Part shown: piece after piece, positions 37,602-46,736 of the stretch
Layout of the letters: each line of letters opens with the position of its first letter
How positions within the stretch are numbered: position 1 is the stretch's first letter
Source of the DNA: a virus
Length of the DNA: 64,000 nt
Virus record (IMG/VR): IMGVR_UViG_3300025168_000032
Location: 96,001 to 160,000 of that record
Direction: 5' to 3' (one strand)
Program-made: the position numbers and the translations under genes
Notes under the pieces: generated by a model
Database searches by the model: none
What the model was told of the DNA's origin: nothing
Seen by the model: only the letters and a program-made list of their open reading frames with translations

Positions 37602-38579
37602 ATGCATTTCGATCCAAACGAAAAATTACGTAGCCTAATCACCAAGAACGGTGGCTTTGCTAACGCCCATTCCCACTTAGACCGTGCCCACACTGTCACA
37701 GAGAAAAACTTACAAGATGTAGTTTACAACCATCTTCATGAAAAATGGCTTTATGTTGATGGCTATAAGGCGTCTGCATCAGAAGCCCAATACTATAATA
37801 ATATTTCCCAAGCTTTGGTCGGGCAAATATCTATGGGAACCACCTCTTGTTTGTCATTTATAGACATTGACCACGTTGCGGGCTATCGAGCTTTGCGGGC
37901 AGCACGTTCTGCAAAAAAAGATTTTGAAGGTCAATTGGACTTCAAGATAGCATGTCAGACACTAAAAGGTATTTTAGATAAACGATGCAAGATCATGCTA
38001 ATTGAGTGTTTGGAGTATAATCTGATTGACGTTATTGGATCATTGCCCGGAGCCGACAAAGGGCAGGAAGAGAAACATATTGACTATCTGATGCGGCTAG
38101 CTAAAGTGTACAATAAGAGACTCCATGTTCATGTTGACCAGCTAAATACCAGAGCGGAAAAGGAAACCGAAATGCTAGCCAGAATGACAATAAAACATGG
38201 CATGGAAAACCGAGTTACGGCTGTCCATTCGATTAGTCTGTCATGCCACCCTAAACACTACCGGGACGATGTGTATAAAATGTCAAAAGATGCGGGCCTA
38301 TCATTCATAACTTGTCCGACTGCTTGGATTGACGCAAGAAGGTCGGAGGAAGAAACCCCAACCCACAATGCTGTTACGCCAGTGGATGAGTTGTTGAATA
38401 ATGATTTAATTGTAGCGATAGGTTCAGACAACATCCATGATGTTTATAAGCCCTTTTCAACAGGTGATATGTTTACGGAAATAAAGTTTTTACTTGAGTC
38501 ATTGCACATTTATGATATGCAGACCCTAGTTAATATAGCAACCAAAAATGGTTTAGAGGTTATAGGTTCTCTTGATTAG
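37602..38579 (+). CDS. Metal-dependent amidohydrolase, CodA/AtzC-like
   Basis: NAHSHLDR, ACQT, HVHVDQ, VTAVHS, CPT, IGSDNIHD..KPF..GDM. Confidence 0.85.
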   Translation: MHFDPNEKLRSLITKNGGFANAHSHLDRAHTVTEKNLQDVVYNHLHEKWLYVDGYKASASEAQYYNNISQALVGQISMGTTSCLSFIDIDHVAGYRALRAARSAKKDFEGQLDFKIACQTLKGILDKRCKIMLIECLEYNLIDVIGSLPGADKGQEEKHIDYLMRLAKVYNKRLHVHVDQLNTRAEKETEMLARMTIKHGMENRVTAVHSISLSCHPKHYRDDVYKMSKDAGLSFITCPTAWIDARRSEEETPTHNAVTPVDELLNNDLIVAIGSDNIHDVYKPFSTGDMFTEIKFLLESLHIYDMQTLVNIATKNGLEVIGSLD

Positions 38580-38873
38580 ATGCGTAAAAATAAATTTAAA
38601 GTTGGTGATTTGGTTGTTTTAACGGGGTTAGACGGCGTGATAGGGTATAAACATATAATCAATGGCGAGCTTGGGGTTATAATCGAAGTTATCTCATTAC
38701 CAGCACCAGAAATACCTTTATCCATGGCCAGTTTCTTTTTTGATTATTTGGTTTTAGTCAGTGGCACAGAGATCATGCTGTTCGAGGAAGAATTGAGAGA
38801 ATACCCGATAGATTACAAGCCGTGTGTGGCTTGCGACTGTGACCCGTGTGATTGTGAGTGGGGCATAGAGTGA
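38580..38873 (+). CDS. GDLV SH3/KOW-like protein with Cys-rich tail
   Basis: KFKVGDLVVL...GELGVII; C-terminal CVACDCDPCDC. Confidence 0.65.
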   Translation: MRKNKFKVGDLVVLTGLDGVIGYKHIINGELGVIIEVISLPAPEIPLSMASFFFDYLVLVSGTEIMLFEEELREYPIDYKPCVACDCDPCDCEWGIE

Positions 38874-39061
38874 GGCAGATAAAAGGAAAATCGATAGCAT
38901 TTATAGAAGCTTGTGGTCCAATACCAAAAGGAGCTAGGGGACTTTGCACAGAAGAGTGCCTTCAGACAAATACAATCAGAATATGGCTGATTCAGTCTGT
39001 ATTCGGAGTTAACGAATTTGCCATCTCAAGAAAACATATCGGAAAAATCCACATTTTTTAA
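38870..39061 (+). CDS. Small hypothetical beta protein
   Basis: GTGA overlap with upstream stop. Confidence 0.45.
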   Translation: MRQIKGKSIAFIEACGPIPKGARGLCTEECLQTNTIRIWLIQSVFGVNEFAISRKHIGKIHIF

Positions 39062-39248
39062 AGTTGGTGATCTGGTTCAATACTACGCTATGTCTGACGG
39101 TGACGGTGCATGGTTGTCTCCCGGATCATACGGCGTAATTCTGAAAATATCTGTAGAATTGGGCCGCGATGGCGCTGCACAAGTTCACTGGATAGACGGT
39201 AGCGGTATTTGTTTTATTTGTTGCAGTTATTTAAGAATAATTTTTTGA
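39018..39248 (+). CDS. Small GDLV SH3/KOW-like protein
   Basis: FFKVGDLVQY...YGVILKI...AQVHW. Confidence 0.6.
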   Translation: MPSQENISEKSTFFKVGDLVQYYAMSDGDGAWLSPGSYGVILKISVELGRDGAAQVHWIDGSGICFICCSYLRIIF

Positions 39249-40390
39249 CAAGCACTGGAAACGTGTTATGTTATATATGGTTCCGTTCAGGAACCAATTT
39301 CTGGCCGTTTAGGCCATACAAAAATGGAAACAAAATGTTAAAAGAAAAAACAAATGGAACAACAACCTTAAATGTTGGAAACTACAAAAATAACATCACG
39401 ACATATGAAAGCATGGGCGCTAAATTTGTTGGCGCTGAGTGGTTTGACTGGGATCAATTGGAAATTTCCGATAGGCAATATCAAACACGGGTGGCCGATG
39501 CAGATCTTGGGCATATCGCAACTTTGGCTGCTGATATTGAAAATATCGGAATCCAAACACTTCCGATTGTTGAATTTGACCCTGTAAAGGTAAAATATCG
39601 TGTTTTGTCTGGGTTTCATCGTATGTTGGCACTGCACAAAAACAATGATAACCCAGAATCAGCAAAGAATAAATACCCAGCCATTGTCTTGGAATTTCAA
39701 GATAGTATAAAGAGGTGGGAATTTTTACAACACTGTAATAATCATCGCCCATCAAAATCGCATGGAAAAAGTGATGCTGTTGCGTATATTAAAAAGATGC
39801 AATCGATGGGGCACTTTGACAAATACGGTAAAGATGAAAAAGCGATTCAGAATCAAGTCTATCAAATGCTTACAAAACATTATCCTAGAATTAAAACAAG
39901 TACAAAAGCATCAATTTTTGAAGAAGCTTTGAATTTTAAAACAAAGAAAGTGAAAACTTGGACCCCTTCAGAAGCCAAAGTCGAAGTCCAAAGAATTCAC
40001 GGCAAGCCCCACAAAAGTGGAGCCGTTGAAGGTGATGCTTGCTATATTACTTCTGACTATAATGTTGTTAGAAAGTCGATTTATGTTAAGAGTACAGATC
40101 GAGCAAATCAAATTCACGACAAAACATCGTCAAGTCGGTTGGATATTAAGCTTGTTACTTGGGCTCCAAAACAATATAATATCGGCAGTGGGATTAAAGA
40201 TTTGAAAGCATTTAGAAAAAATGCTTTAAAAGATTTGACCGTAATGAACAATATGGTCTGGGGACCGTCAAAGGTTAGTTTGGTTACGGAAGTTGACTTC
40301 TTGCACCAAGCACTAACCGGTGAAGAGAAGGAGTCAATCCCAATAAAATATAAGTGGTCTTCAAAAAACAAGAAGTTCAACTTAGTTTAA
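39209..40390 (+). CDS. ParB/Srx N-terminal domain protein (true start probably downstream)
   Basis: YQTR...LAADIENIGIQTLPIV...YRVLSGFHR; TTGACA promoter at 39245 implies a later start. Confidence 0.65.
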   Translation: MFYLLQLFKNNFLTSTGNVLCYIWFRSGTNFWPFRPYKNGNKMLKEKTNGTTTLNVGNYKNNITTYESMGAKFVGAEWFDWDQLEISDRQYQTRVADADLGHIATLAADIENIGIQTLPIVEFDPVKVKYRVLSGFHRMLALHKNNDNPESAKNKYPAIVLEFQDSIKRWEFLQHCNNHRPSKSHGKSDAVAYIKKMQSMGHFDKYGKDEKAIQNQVYQMLTKHYPRIKTSTKASIFEEALNFKTKKVKTWTPSEAKVEVQRIHGKPHKSGAVEGDACYITSDYNVVRKSIYVKSTDRANQIHDKTSSSRLDIKLVTWAPKQYNIGSGIKDLKAFRKNALKDLTVMNNMVWGPSKVSLVTEVDFLHQALTGEEKESIPIKYKWSSKNKKFNLV

Positions 40391-40403
40391 GTTTTTCGTA
40401 AGA

Positions 40404-40431
40404 GCCCCTTGACATTTGTCAGGGGGTTTGT
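40404..40431 (+). terminator. Hairpin/terminator overlapping a TTGACA hexamer upstream of dnaE
   Basis: CCCCTTGACA-TT-TGTCAGGGGG followed by TTTGTT. Confidence 0.6.
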
Positions 40432-40467
40432 TATTTATATATTATAGAGTTTACATCGGAGGTAAAT

Positions 40468-43400
40468 ATGAACAACATTAAATTCGTTGGGCTTCATGCT
40501 CACTGTGGAGTTGGTTCTCCATTTGACGGCTTCGGATTCCCCGCTGACCACATGGACTTCGCACATAAGAATGGCTGCGAAGCTCTGGCCTTGACAGATC
40601 ATGGTAATATGAACGGGACAAGCTACCAAGTACTACACGCCAAGAAGATGCAAAAGCAAGGAAAGAGTTTCAAGCCCATATTCGGCGTCGAGGCGTATTT
40701 TATCTCTGATGTTGTTGAGTGGCGCAAGACCTACGAAGAGCATAAGGCTGATAAGAAGAAAGCTCGCGCCCTTTCAAAAGAACAGTCAGGCACCAACATT
40801 GAAGCCGAAGGTGCCAGCAAGAGCAAGGGGACTGCAATTAATCGCTCTCGTCACATTGTTCTTCTTGCAATGAGCCAAGAGGGTCTTAACAATATTTATA
40901 AGATGGTCTCAGAATCTTATACCGGAGACTACTTCTATCGTAAACCAAGGATTGATTATGCACTACTTAACAAATATTCTAGCGGCGTTATTTGCCTTTC
41001 CGCTTGTCTTGGCGGTATATATGCTGGTTGCTATTGGGCCAACCGCGAAGAGGGCAAAGAGGCTGTTCTTGCGGCTATGCGAGACACCACCGAAAGAATG
41101 GTTTCAATCCTTGGAGACCGTTGGTACGGAGAACTTCAATGGAATAACGTCCCGGAGCAACATGAACTCAACAACTATGTTATCCAAATGCACGAAGAAT
41201 ATGGAATCCCGTTAGTTTCCACAGCAGATTCCCATTACCCAACACCAGACGCTTGGAACGACAGAGAACTATATAAGAGACTTGGCTGGCTTGGTAGGGG
41301 AAAACCCGAATGGCTTGACATGAATCTTCCGACATCAGTTCAAGAGATGGAGTATGAGCTTTATCCAAAGAACGGAGATCAAATGTGGGAAGCATATAAG
41401 AAATATTCTAATGATTGTGGAGTAAAATATGATGATAAACTTGTACTTGATAGCATTGAGAGAACTCACGATATTGCTTTCAACCGGATTGAAAGATTTT
41501 ATCCTGATGATACCGTTCGTTTACCTGACTTTGTGGTTCCTGCTGGATATACTGCCGATGATTATCTCAAGCGTATAGCCACTGAGGGTTTGTTTTCTTT
41601 ACTTAAGAAGACTTCTCGCTTGGAGCACAACACTGAATATAAACTCAGACTTGACCACGAACTCAAAGTTATTGCTGATCGTGGGTTTTCTAAATACTTT
41701 CTAACCATGAAGGCAATCGCGGATAAAACAAATGAAATACAAATCTCTGGGCCCGGTCGAGGCTCTGCGGCTGGTTCTCTTGTTGCTTATGCTCTTGGTA
41801 TTACTCAAGTGGACCCAGTTTCTTACGACCTCCTCTTCTCGCGGTTTTTACGTGCTGATGCTACTGATTACCCTGATATCGATTACGATGTGTCTGAGCC
41901 GATGGCTCTAAAAGAAAAACTGATCGATGATTGGGGTAGCAATGTTGTTGTTCCTATATCGAACTTCAGCACCTTGCAACTTAAGTCGCTCATCAAAGAC
42001 ATCAGTAAGTTTTATGACGTGCCATTCGTGGAAGCGAACGCAGTAACAAACAAGATGTTGTTTGAGGCTACACCGTTGGCCAAAGCCAAGCATGGCATCA
42101 AAGCGGGGGTATATAATCCTACATTCGACGAGGTTATCCAATACAGCGAGTCGCTCCAAAAATTTTTTTCCACATACCCCAAGATTAAGGATCATGTGTT
42201 GGGTCTTGTAGGGCAAGTCCGGCAGGTTTCCCGTCACGCAGGTGGTGTGGTGATCGGAGAGGACTTGGACAAGTACATGCCACTCATAGCATCCAAGGGA
42301 GTCAGGCAGACTCCGTGGAGCGAGGGTATGAATGTTCGACACCTTGAGCCTATGGGTTTCATCAAGTTTGATTTGCTCGGTCTATCGACTCTTCGTATGG
42401 TTGAGGATTGCATCTCCCTCATTCTCAAGAGACACCACGACATACCAGAGCCCACGTTTGCACAGATCAAAGACTATTACGACACCAAGTTACACCCAGA
42501 TGTTATAGATTTAGGAGACCAGAACGTTTATGAAAATATATTCCACAAAGGAAAGTGGGTTGGAATCTTCCAGTTCGCGGAACAAGGCGCACAAAAATTT
42601 GCTCAACGAGCCAAACCAAGATCCATTATCGATATATCTGCTATTACTAGCATATACCGTCCCGGTCCTTTATCGGCTGGTGTTGATAAGCAATATGTAA
42701 AAGCCAAGGAAGAACCCGAATCAGTCAAGTACCTCAACAAAATTGTTCGCTCCGTGACTCAGGAAACACATGGGTTCTTAATTTTTCAAGAACAAATCGC
42801 CATGCTAGCTCATAAGCTAGGTGACAATATCACCCTCGACGAAGGGAACCTATTGCGTAAGCTGCTCACCAAGAAGGGAACAGGTAAAGGAAACGAGGAC
42901 AAAGAACGGATATACGACAAGTTCATCAGGGGATGTAGAGACAAACGCATTTCGGATAAAAAAGCTAACGCTTTATGGACAACTTTCGAGTACTTTTCGG
43001 GCTATGGCTTTAACAAGTCACATGCCGTTTCTTATTCTATTATCAGCTATCAGTGCGCTTGGCTATGCAACTATTACCAAGCAGAGTGGACAGCAGCGTT
43101 CCTCGAAAGAGAACCAGAGTCGCGCAAAGAGAAAGCCATAAACCTCGCAAAACAGCACGGTTTTACGATCAAGGATATCGACCTTAATACCTCTGGCATG
43201 AGGTGGGAGATACTTGATAAAAACACCCTTGTTGCCCCCCTGACGACTATCAAGGGACTGGGGGAGAAAGCCATTGAACAGATCCTCAACAACCGTCCGT
43301 TCAATACGGTGGAGGAGTTTATCTTTAATGAGGACATTGTATACTCAAAGCTCAACAAGAGAGCGTTCGATGTTCTTTGTAGAGCAGGAGCCTTACGGGA

Positions 43401-43899
43401 TTTGGTTGACGAACGATTCACAGGAGACAAACATTTCTGGTCGGCAGTGTGTGTAGATCGCCCAAGAAAGCCCAAAAATCTCATTGAGAACATTGAGAAG
43501 TATGCACCGGAAGGTTCCTTCACAGAAGAGGAAAAAATTACCTTCTTAAGCGACTTAACTGGCATCTTCCCTATGTCTAAGGTTATAACCCCTGACGTTC
43601 AAGCTAGAATTGATGAATGGTGTTCTCCTCCGATATCAGAATACGACCCAGACCTTGGGTATTGTTGGTGCATCCCCCGCTCAATAACCCAAAAGAAATC
43701 AAAGAATGGAAAGAACTTTTATGTTGTTGAGGTAATAGACGCCAACTCTGTTTTGACCAAGATTCGCTGTTGGTCTGTCAAGCCTGAGCGGGATAACATC
43801 CACATTAATAGGCCATATATGATTAAGCCGAAATACAATGCAGATTGGGGATTCAGCACTTATGGTATGGTAAACAATTCTTGGTTTTTGTTGGGATAG
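40468..43899 (+). CDS. dnaE: DNA polymerase III alpha subunit (family C)
   Basis: PHP LHAH...LALTDHG; GRGSAAGSLVAYALGIT; PDIDYD; RHAGGVV; IKFDLLGL; IFQEQ; YGFNKSHA; C-terminal OB fold. Confidence 0.97.
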   Translation: MNNIKFVGLHAHCGVGSPFDGFGFPADHMDFAHKNGCEALALTDHGNMNGTSYQVLHAKKMQKQGKSFKPIFGVEAYFISDVVEWRKTYEEHKADKKKARALSKEQSGTNIEAEGASKSKGTAINRSRHIVLLAMSQEGLNNIYKMVSESYTGDYFYRKPRIDYALLNKYSSGVICLSACLGGIYAGCYWANREEGKEAVLAAMRDTTERMVSILGDRWYGELQWNNVPEQHELNNYVIQMHEEYGIPLVSTADSHYPTPDAWNDRELYKRLGWLGRGKPEWLDMNLPTSVQEMEYELYPKNGDQMWEAYKKYSNDCGVKYDDKLVLDSIERTHDIAFNRIERFYPDDTVRLPDFVVPAGYTADDYLKRIATEGLFSLLKKTSRLEHNTEYKLRLDHELKVIADRGFSKYFLTMKAIADKTNEIQISGPGRGSAAGSLVAYALGITQVDPVSYDLLFSRFLRADATDYPDIDYDVSEPMALKEKLIDDWGSNVVVPISNFSTLQLKSLIKDISKFYDVPFVEANAVTNKMLFEATPLAKAKHGIKAGVYNPTFDEVIQYSESLQKFFSTYPKIKDHVLGLVGQVRQVSRHAGGVVIGEDLDKYMPLIASKGVRQTPWSEGMNVRHLEPMGFIKFDLLGLSTLRMVEDCISLILKRHHDIPEPTFAQIKDYYDTKLHPDVIDLGDQNVYENIFHKGKWVGIFQFAEQGAQKFAQRAKPRSIIDISAITSIYRPGPLSAGVDKQYVKAKEEPESVKYLNKIVRSVTQETHGFLIFQEQIAMLAHKLGDNITLDEGNLLRKLLTKKGTGKGNEDKERIYDKFIRGCRDKRISDKKANALWTTFEYFSGYGFNKSHAVSYSIISYQCAWLCNYYQAEWTAAFLEREPESRKEKAINLAKQHGFTIKDIDLNTSGMRWEILDKNTLVAPLTTIKGLGEKAIEQILNNRPFNTVEEFIFNEDIVYSKLNKRAFDVLCRAGALRDLVDERFTGDKHFWSAVCVDRPRKPKNLIENIEKYAPEGSFTEEEKITFLSDLTGIFPMSKVITPDVQARIDEWCSPPISEYDPDLGYCWCIPRSITQKKSKNGKNFYVVEVIDANSVLTKIRCWSVKPERDNIHINRPYMIKPKYNADWGFSTYGMVNNSWFLLG

Positions 43900-43959
43900 T
43901 TCTTGACAAACTCGCATAATGTGTTAATATTATAATACAATTCAAAGTTTGGGATTGAT

Positions 43960-44130
43960 ATGAATTTTAATAATTTGAATAAAGCCGTATTAATTGGTGA
44001 TTTGGTTTGCTTAGATGGTGCTCACTTCATTGTCATAAATGTGAACAAAGATACAATACCTGAGATTTTAACCGGGATCTCTGTAGAGCATTCATACGAG
44101 CTTAATTTTACAATAGAAAATGTAGCATAA
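43960..44130 (+). CDS. 56-aa GDLV SH3/KOW-like protein (not in ORF track)
   Basis: MNFNNLNKAVLIGDLVCLDGAHFIVINV...; TTGACA promoter at 43903. Confidence 0.5.
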   Translation: MNFNNLNKAVLIGDLVCLDGAHFIVINVNKDTIPEILTGISVEHSYELNFTIENVA

Positions 44131-44141
44131 AGGAGGTTAAC

Positions 44142-44612
44142 ATGATTTTTAGTAAAGAACAGATTCGAGCGTTAAATGATTTAAATGTGTCTGGAAAAGG
44201 CGGCAAAGATAGAGAGATAGCAGAAGCTTTAGGACATCAACGAGTTTCGTCGAAATACTATGATGGTGTTGATGCCTATGGTCAAACTTGGGAATATAAA
44301 AAACAAACAAGTATGCAATTTCTTGACCCATATAAATTTTCCCAAATGATGGAAGAAGAAAAGCAAATCCCAATTTTATTTTTTAACCACGTTGAAGGCA
44401 AAATTGTATCAGTTCACAAAGCAACATATGAAGAGGTTATAAAGAAGATGGGGTATACCAAGGAAGGCTTGTCAATGTTAAACACCCTCTTCGAAAGACC
44501 AGAGTACTCCAACAGAACGCCACAGCCAAAAGCAGTATTGACTAAAAAAGAGATTCTTTCTTTTGAAAAGGTATTGGACCTATTTGAAAATGGAGATAAA
44601 AATGAAAATTAA
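44142..44612 (+). CDS. Putative PD-(D/E)XK restriction-like endonuclease
   Basis: YDGVDAYGQTWEYKK fits D...EXK; AGGAGG RBS. Confidence 0.5.
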   Translation: MIFSKEQIRALNDLNVSGKGGKDREIAEALGHQRVSSKYYDGVDAYGQTWEYKKQTSMQFLDPYKFSQMMEEEKQIPILFFNHVEGKIVSVHKATYEEVIKKMGYTKEGLSMLNTLFERPEYSNRTPQPKAVLTKKEILSFEKVLDLFENGDKNEN

Positions 44613-45033
44613 AATAAAAAAAGTAAGCCCTAACGCTATTATTCCAAAGTATGCTAAAACTGGTGATGCTGCAATGGATTTAGTTGCAACCTCGATGGAA
44701 GTTGATCGTCATGGTAACCTCGTATACAAAACCGGCTTGGCTCTTGAGATTCCCGAAGGCTTTGTTGGTCTTCTTTTCCCGAGGAGTTCCGTATCTAAGA
44801 CAAGCATGTCATTGGCTAATTCTGTCGGTGTCATCGACAGTGGGTATCGAGGTGAAATAATGTTGAAATACAAAGATATTGGTAGATCTTCGAACATTCA
44901 AGTGGTTTACAAAGCCGGAGACAGGGTAGGGCAATTAATGATAATTCCTCATCCAAAAGTAGAGTTTATTGAAGTTAGCGAACTATCTAATAGTGATAGA
45001 GGAAGCGGTGGTTTTGGGAGTACTGGGCAATGA
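44602..45033 (+). CDS. dut: Trimeric dUTPase
   Basis: AAMDL, PRSS, GVIDSGYRGEI, RVGQL, RGSGGFGSTG. Confidence 0.96.
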   Translation: MKIKIKKVSPNAIIPKYAKTGDAAMDLVATSMEVDRHGNLVYKTGLALEIPEGFVGLLFPRSSVSKTSMSLANSVGVIDSGYRGEIMLKYKDIGRSSNIQVVYKAGDRVGQLMIIPHPKVEFIEVSELSNSDRGSGGFGSTGQ

Positions 45034-45317
45034 ACAGAAAACAACGTAGAGCGAGACAAAAAGCTATTAAGAAAGCGGGTGTAGCGGATACCGACTTTGA
45101 CAAGCAGCTTGGCTTGTTTGACCTAATTCCAAAGGATTGTATGATTTGTCATACTGACTTCGACAAGTCAAACAAAAAAATGGTCTCGACTTGGAATGTT
45201 GTGGTGCGAGAAGAAGAAAAAAAAGTACGAATTTATTGTCCAACATGTTGGTCAAAGGCGCAGAATCTATTAAATGAGCTTGGGATCAACAACAATGAAG
45301 AACAAAACAAAGGATAA
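45030..45317 (+). CDS. Zinc-finger-like small protein
   Basis: MNRKQRR N-terminus; CMIC and YCPTC pairs. Confidence 0.65.
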   Translation: MNRKQRRARQKAIKKAGVADTDFDKQLGLFDLIPKDCMICHTDFDKSNKKMVSTWNVVVREEEKKVRIYCPTCWSKAQNLLNELGINNNEEQNKG

Positions 45318-45627
45318 AACTAAAAGATTAGTTTTCGATGACACAGATTACAGACACGCTCAGCTTAAGGTTAGACTTGATTACGATGGACTAACACAGG
45401 CTGAGTTTTTTCGTTCTTTCATAACTGGATATTTGCAAAAAGATCCTTTTGTTATGAAGTATATTAGTTCCTATAAAGAGGGCAAACGAATTCAGAGTAA
45501 AAGGAATATCAAAATAATAATGAAAGATCATGAAACTGCTGAGACGTTGATGTCGCAATTCGGCATTGAACAAGATGAATTAGAGCATATTTTTGATATG
45601 ATAGCAAAAGAGCACCCTGATTTATAA
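45295..45627 (+). CDS. Putative ribbon-helix-helix DNA-binding protein
   Basis: KRLVF beta-strand then HAQLKVRL..DGLTQAEFFRSFI helices. Confidence 0.5.
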   Translation: MKNKTKDKTKRLVFDDTDYRHAQLKVRLDYDGLTQAEFFRSFITGYLQKDPFVMKYISSYKEGKRIQSKRNIKIIMKDHETAETLMSQFGIEQDELEHIFDMIAKEHPDL

Positions 45628-45691
45628 TTTTGAGTGTTTTATCATTTTGGTGCCTATTTACTACTGAAAAACATTTTTAGGAGATTTATAA

Positions 45692-46276
45692 ATGGCTAAG
45701 AAAAAACTTTTAAACGAAGCAACCGTTAGGCGCTTCATGGGACTTGCTGGTATGGAATCAAATCTGGTTTCAAATGCTATTAGCGAAATGTACAACTACA
45801 ATGAAGAAGAAGAGGACATGGCTGATGAAGAAATGCCTCCCGCAGAACCAGAAATGGCTGCTGTCGAACCAATGGACGCTGCTCCTGAAGAGCCTGATAT
45901 GGGTGATGAAATGGACGCAGAAATGGGTGAAGAAGGTGAGCTTAACATTGATGAAGATGCAATCAAAATGGCAGTAAAAGCTTATGAAGATCTTGGCGAA
46001 GTTGTTGACATGCTTTCAAGTGCACTACCTGACGGCGAAATGGATATGGGCGATGAAATGGACGCAGAAATGCCCGCTGAAGAGCCCGCAATGGACGCCG
46101 AAGAACCTGCAATGGATGATAAAGAAGAAGGTATGCTTGAGGGCGTTAATCTTGAACTTTCTGAAGACGAAGTGGTACAAGAAGTCGCTCGTCGTGTTGC
46201 TAAAAGAATTCTTCAAGCAAAAAAAGCCAAGGCCCAACTTGATGAAGCTCTCGGAAGAAAGTCTAGTCTAAAATAG
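45692..46276 (+). CDS. Highly acidic late protein, probable internal head/core protein
   Basis: Late motif CCTATTTAC at 45653-61; LLNE..RRFMGLAG resembles scaffold C-terminus; Glu/Asp/Met-rich repeats. Confidence 0.65.
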   Translation: MAKKKLLNEATVRRFMGLAGMESNLVSNAISEMYNYNEEEEDMADEEMPPAEPEMAAVEPMDAAPEEPDMGDEMDAEMGEEGELNIDEDAIKMAVKAYEDLGEVVDMLSSALPDGEMDMGDEMDAEMPAEEPAMDAEEPAMDDKEEGMLEGVNLELSEDEVVQEVARRVAKRILQAKKAKAQLDEALGRKSSLK

Positions 46277-46277
46277 T

Positions 46278-46306
46278 TTGACTTAGAATCAAAAACGTGT
46301 TATATT
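46278..46306 (+). promoter_or_regulatory. sigma70-type promoter
   Basis: TTGACT-N17-TATATT with extended TG. Confidence 0.7.
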
Positions 46307-46310
46307 TAGA

Positions 46311-46337
46311 GGACGGGGGTTGGAACCGTCCTTTTTT
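46311..46337 (+). terminator. Rho-independent terminator overlapping transcription start
   Basis: GGACGG...CCGTCC plus T6. Confidence 0.7.
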
Positions 46338-46352
46338 ATTTTTGGAGTGCCA

Positions 46353-46736
46353 ATGGACCAGATAATTTATATTACAATTTCATTTATAGTAGGAGTAGTT
46401 CTTACGAGGTTGTGGTATAGCATTGTGGGCCTTGGTTATACCTCCATCTTAATGAAGCGTACAATCAATGACTGCTTATTAGTCATGGCTGACAACATAC
46501 AATCGTCTCATGAATCTTGTGAGATCAAATATGCCGCTTTTAAAATCGCGGAGAGAGACGATAAATATATTGAATTTCAAAAAAAGATAGATAAACAACA
46601 ACAAAGGACATTGCAAAAAACAATCATAAGGAACTTTATGAATTCAGTGCCCCAGAGTTATAACCACCTCGTTGAATTCCATGATTGGGACTCTGCAATG
46701 AAACACTTGACCGATCAACTTAAAAGGAGGATTTAA
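46353..46736 (+). CDS. Membrane-anchored hypothetical protein
   Basis: N-terminal hydrophobic helix; GGAG RBS. Confidence 0.65.
   Translation: MDQIIYITISFIVGVVLTRLWYSIVGLGYTSILMKRTINDCLLVMADNIQSSHESCEIKYAAFKIAERDDKYIEFQKKIDKQQQRTLQKTIIRNFMNSVPQSYNHLVEFHDWDSAMKHLTDQLKRRI

Noticed and set aside
26658-43899. Inteins or introns in recA, dnaB, nrdJ, thyX, dnaE
   Set aside because: ORFs are continuous with normal lengths and motif spacing; no intein splice motifs or split frames seen
45896-46072. 30-nt duplicated sequence encoding DMGDEMDAEM
   Set aside because: Simple intragenic low-complexity duplication in an acidic protein; no sign of a DGR template/variable pair and no reverse transcriptase in the window
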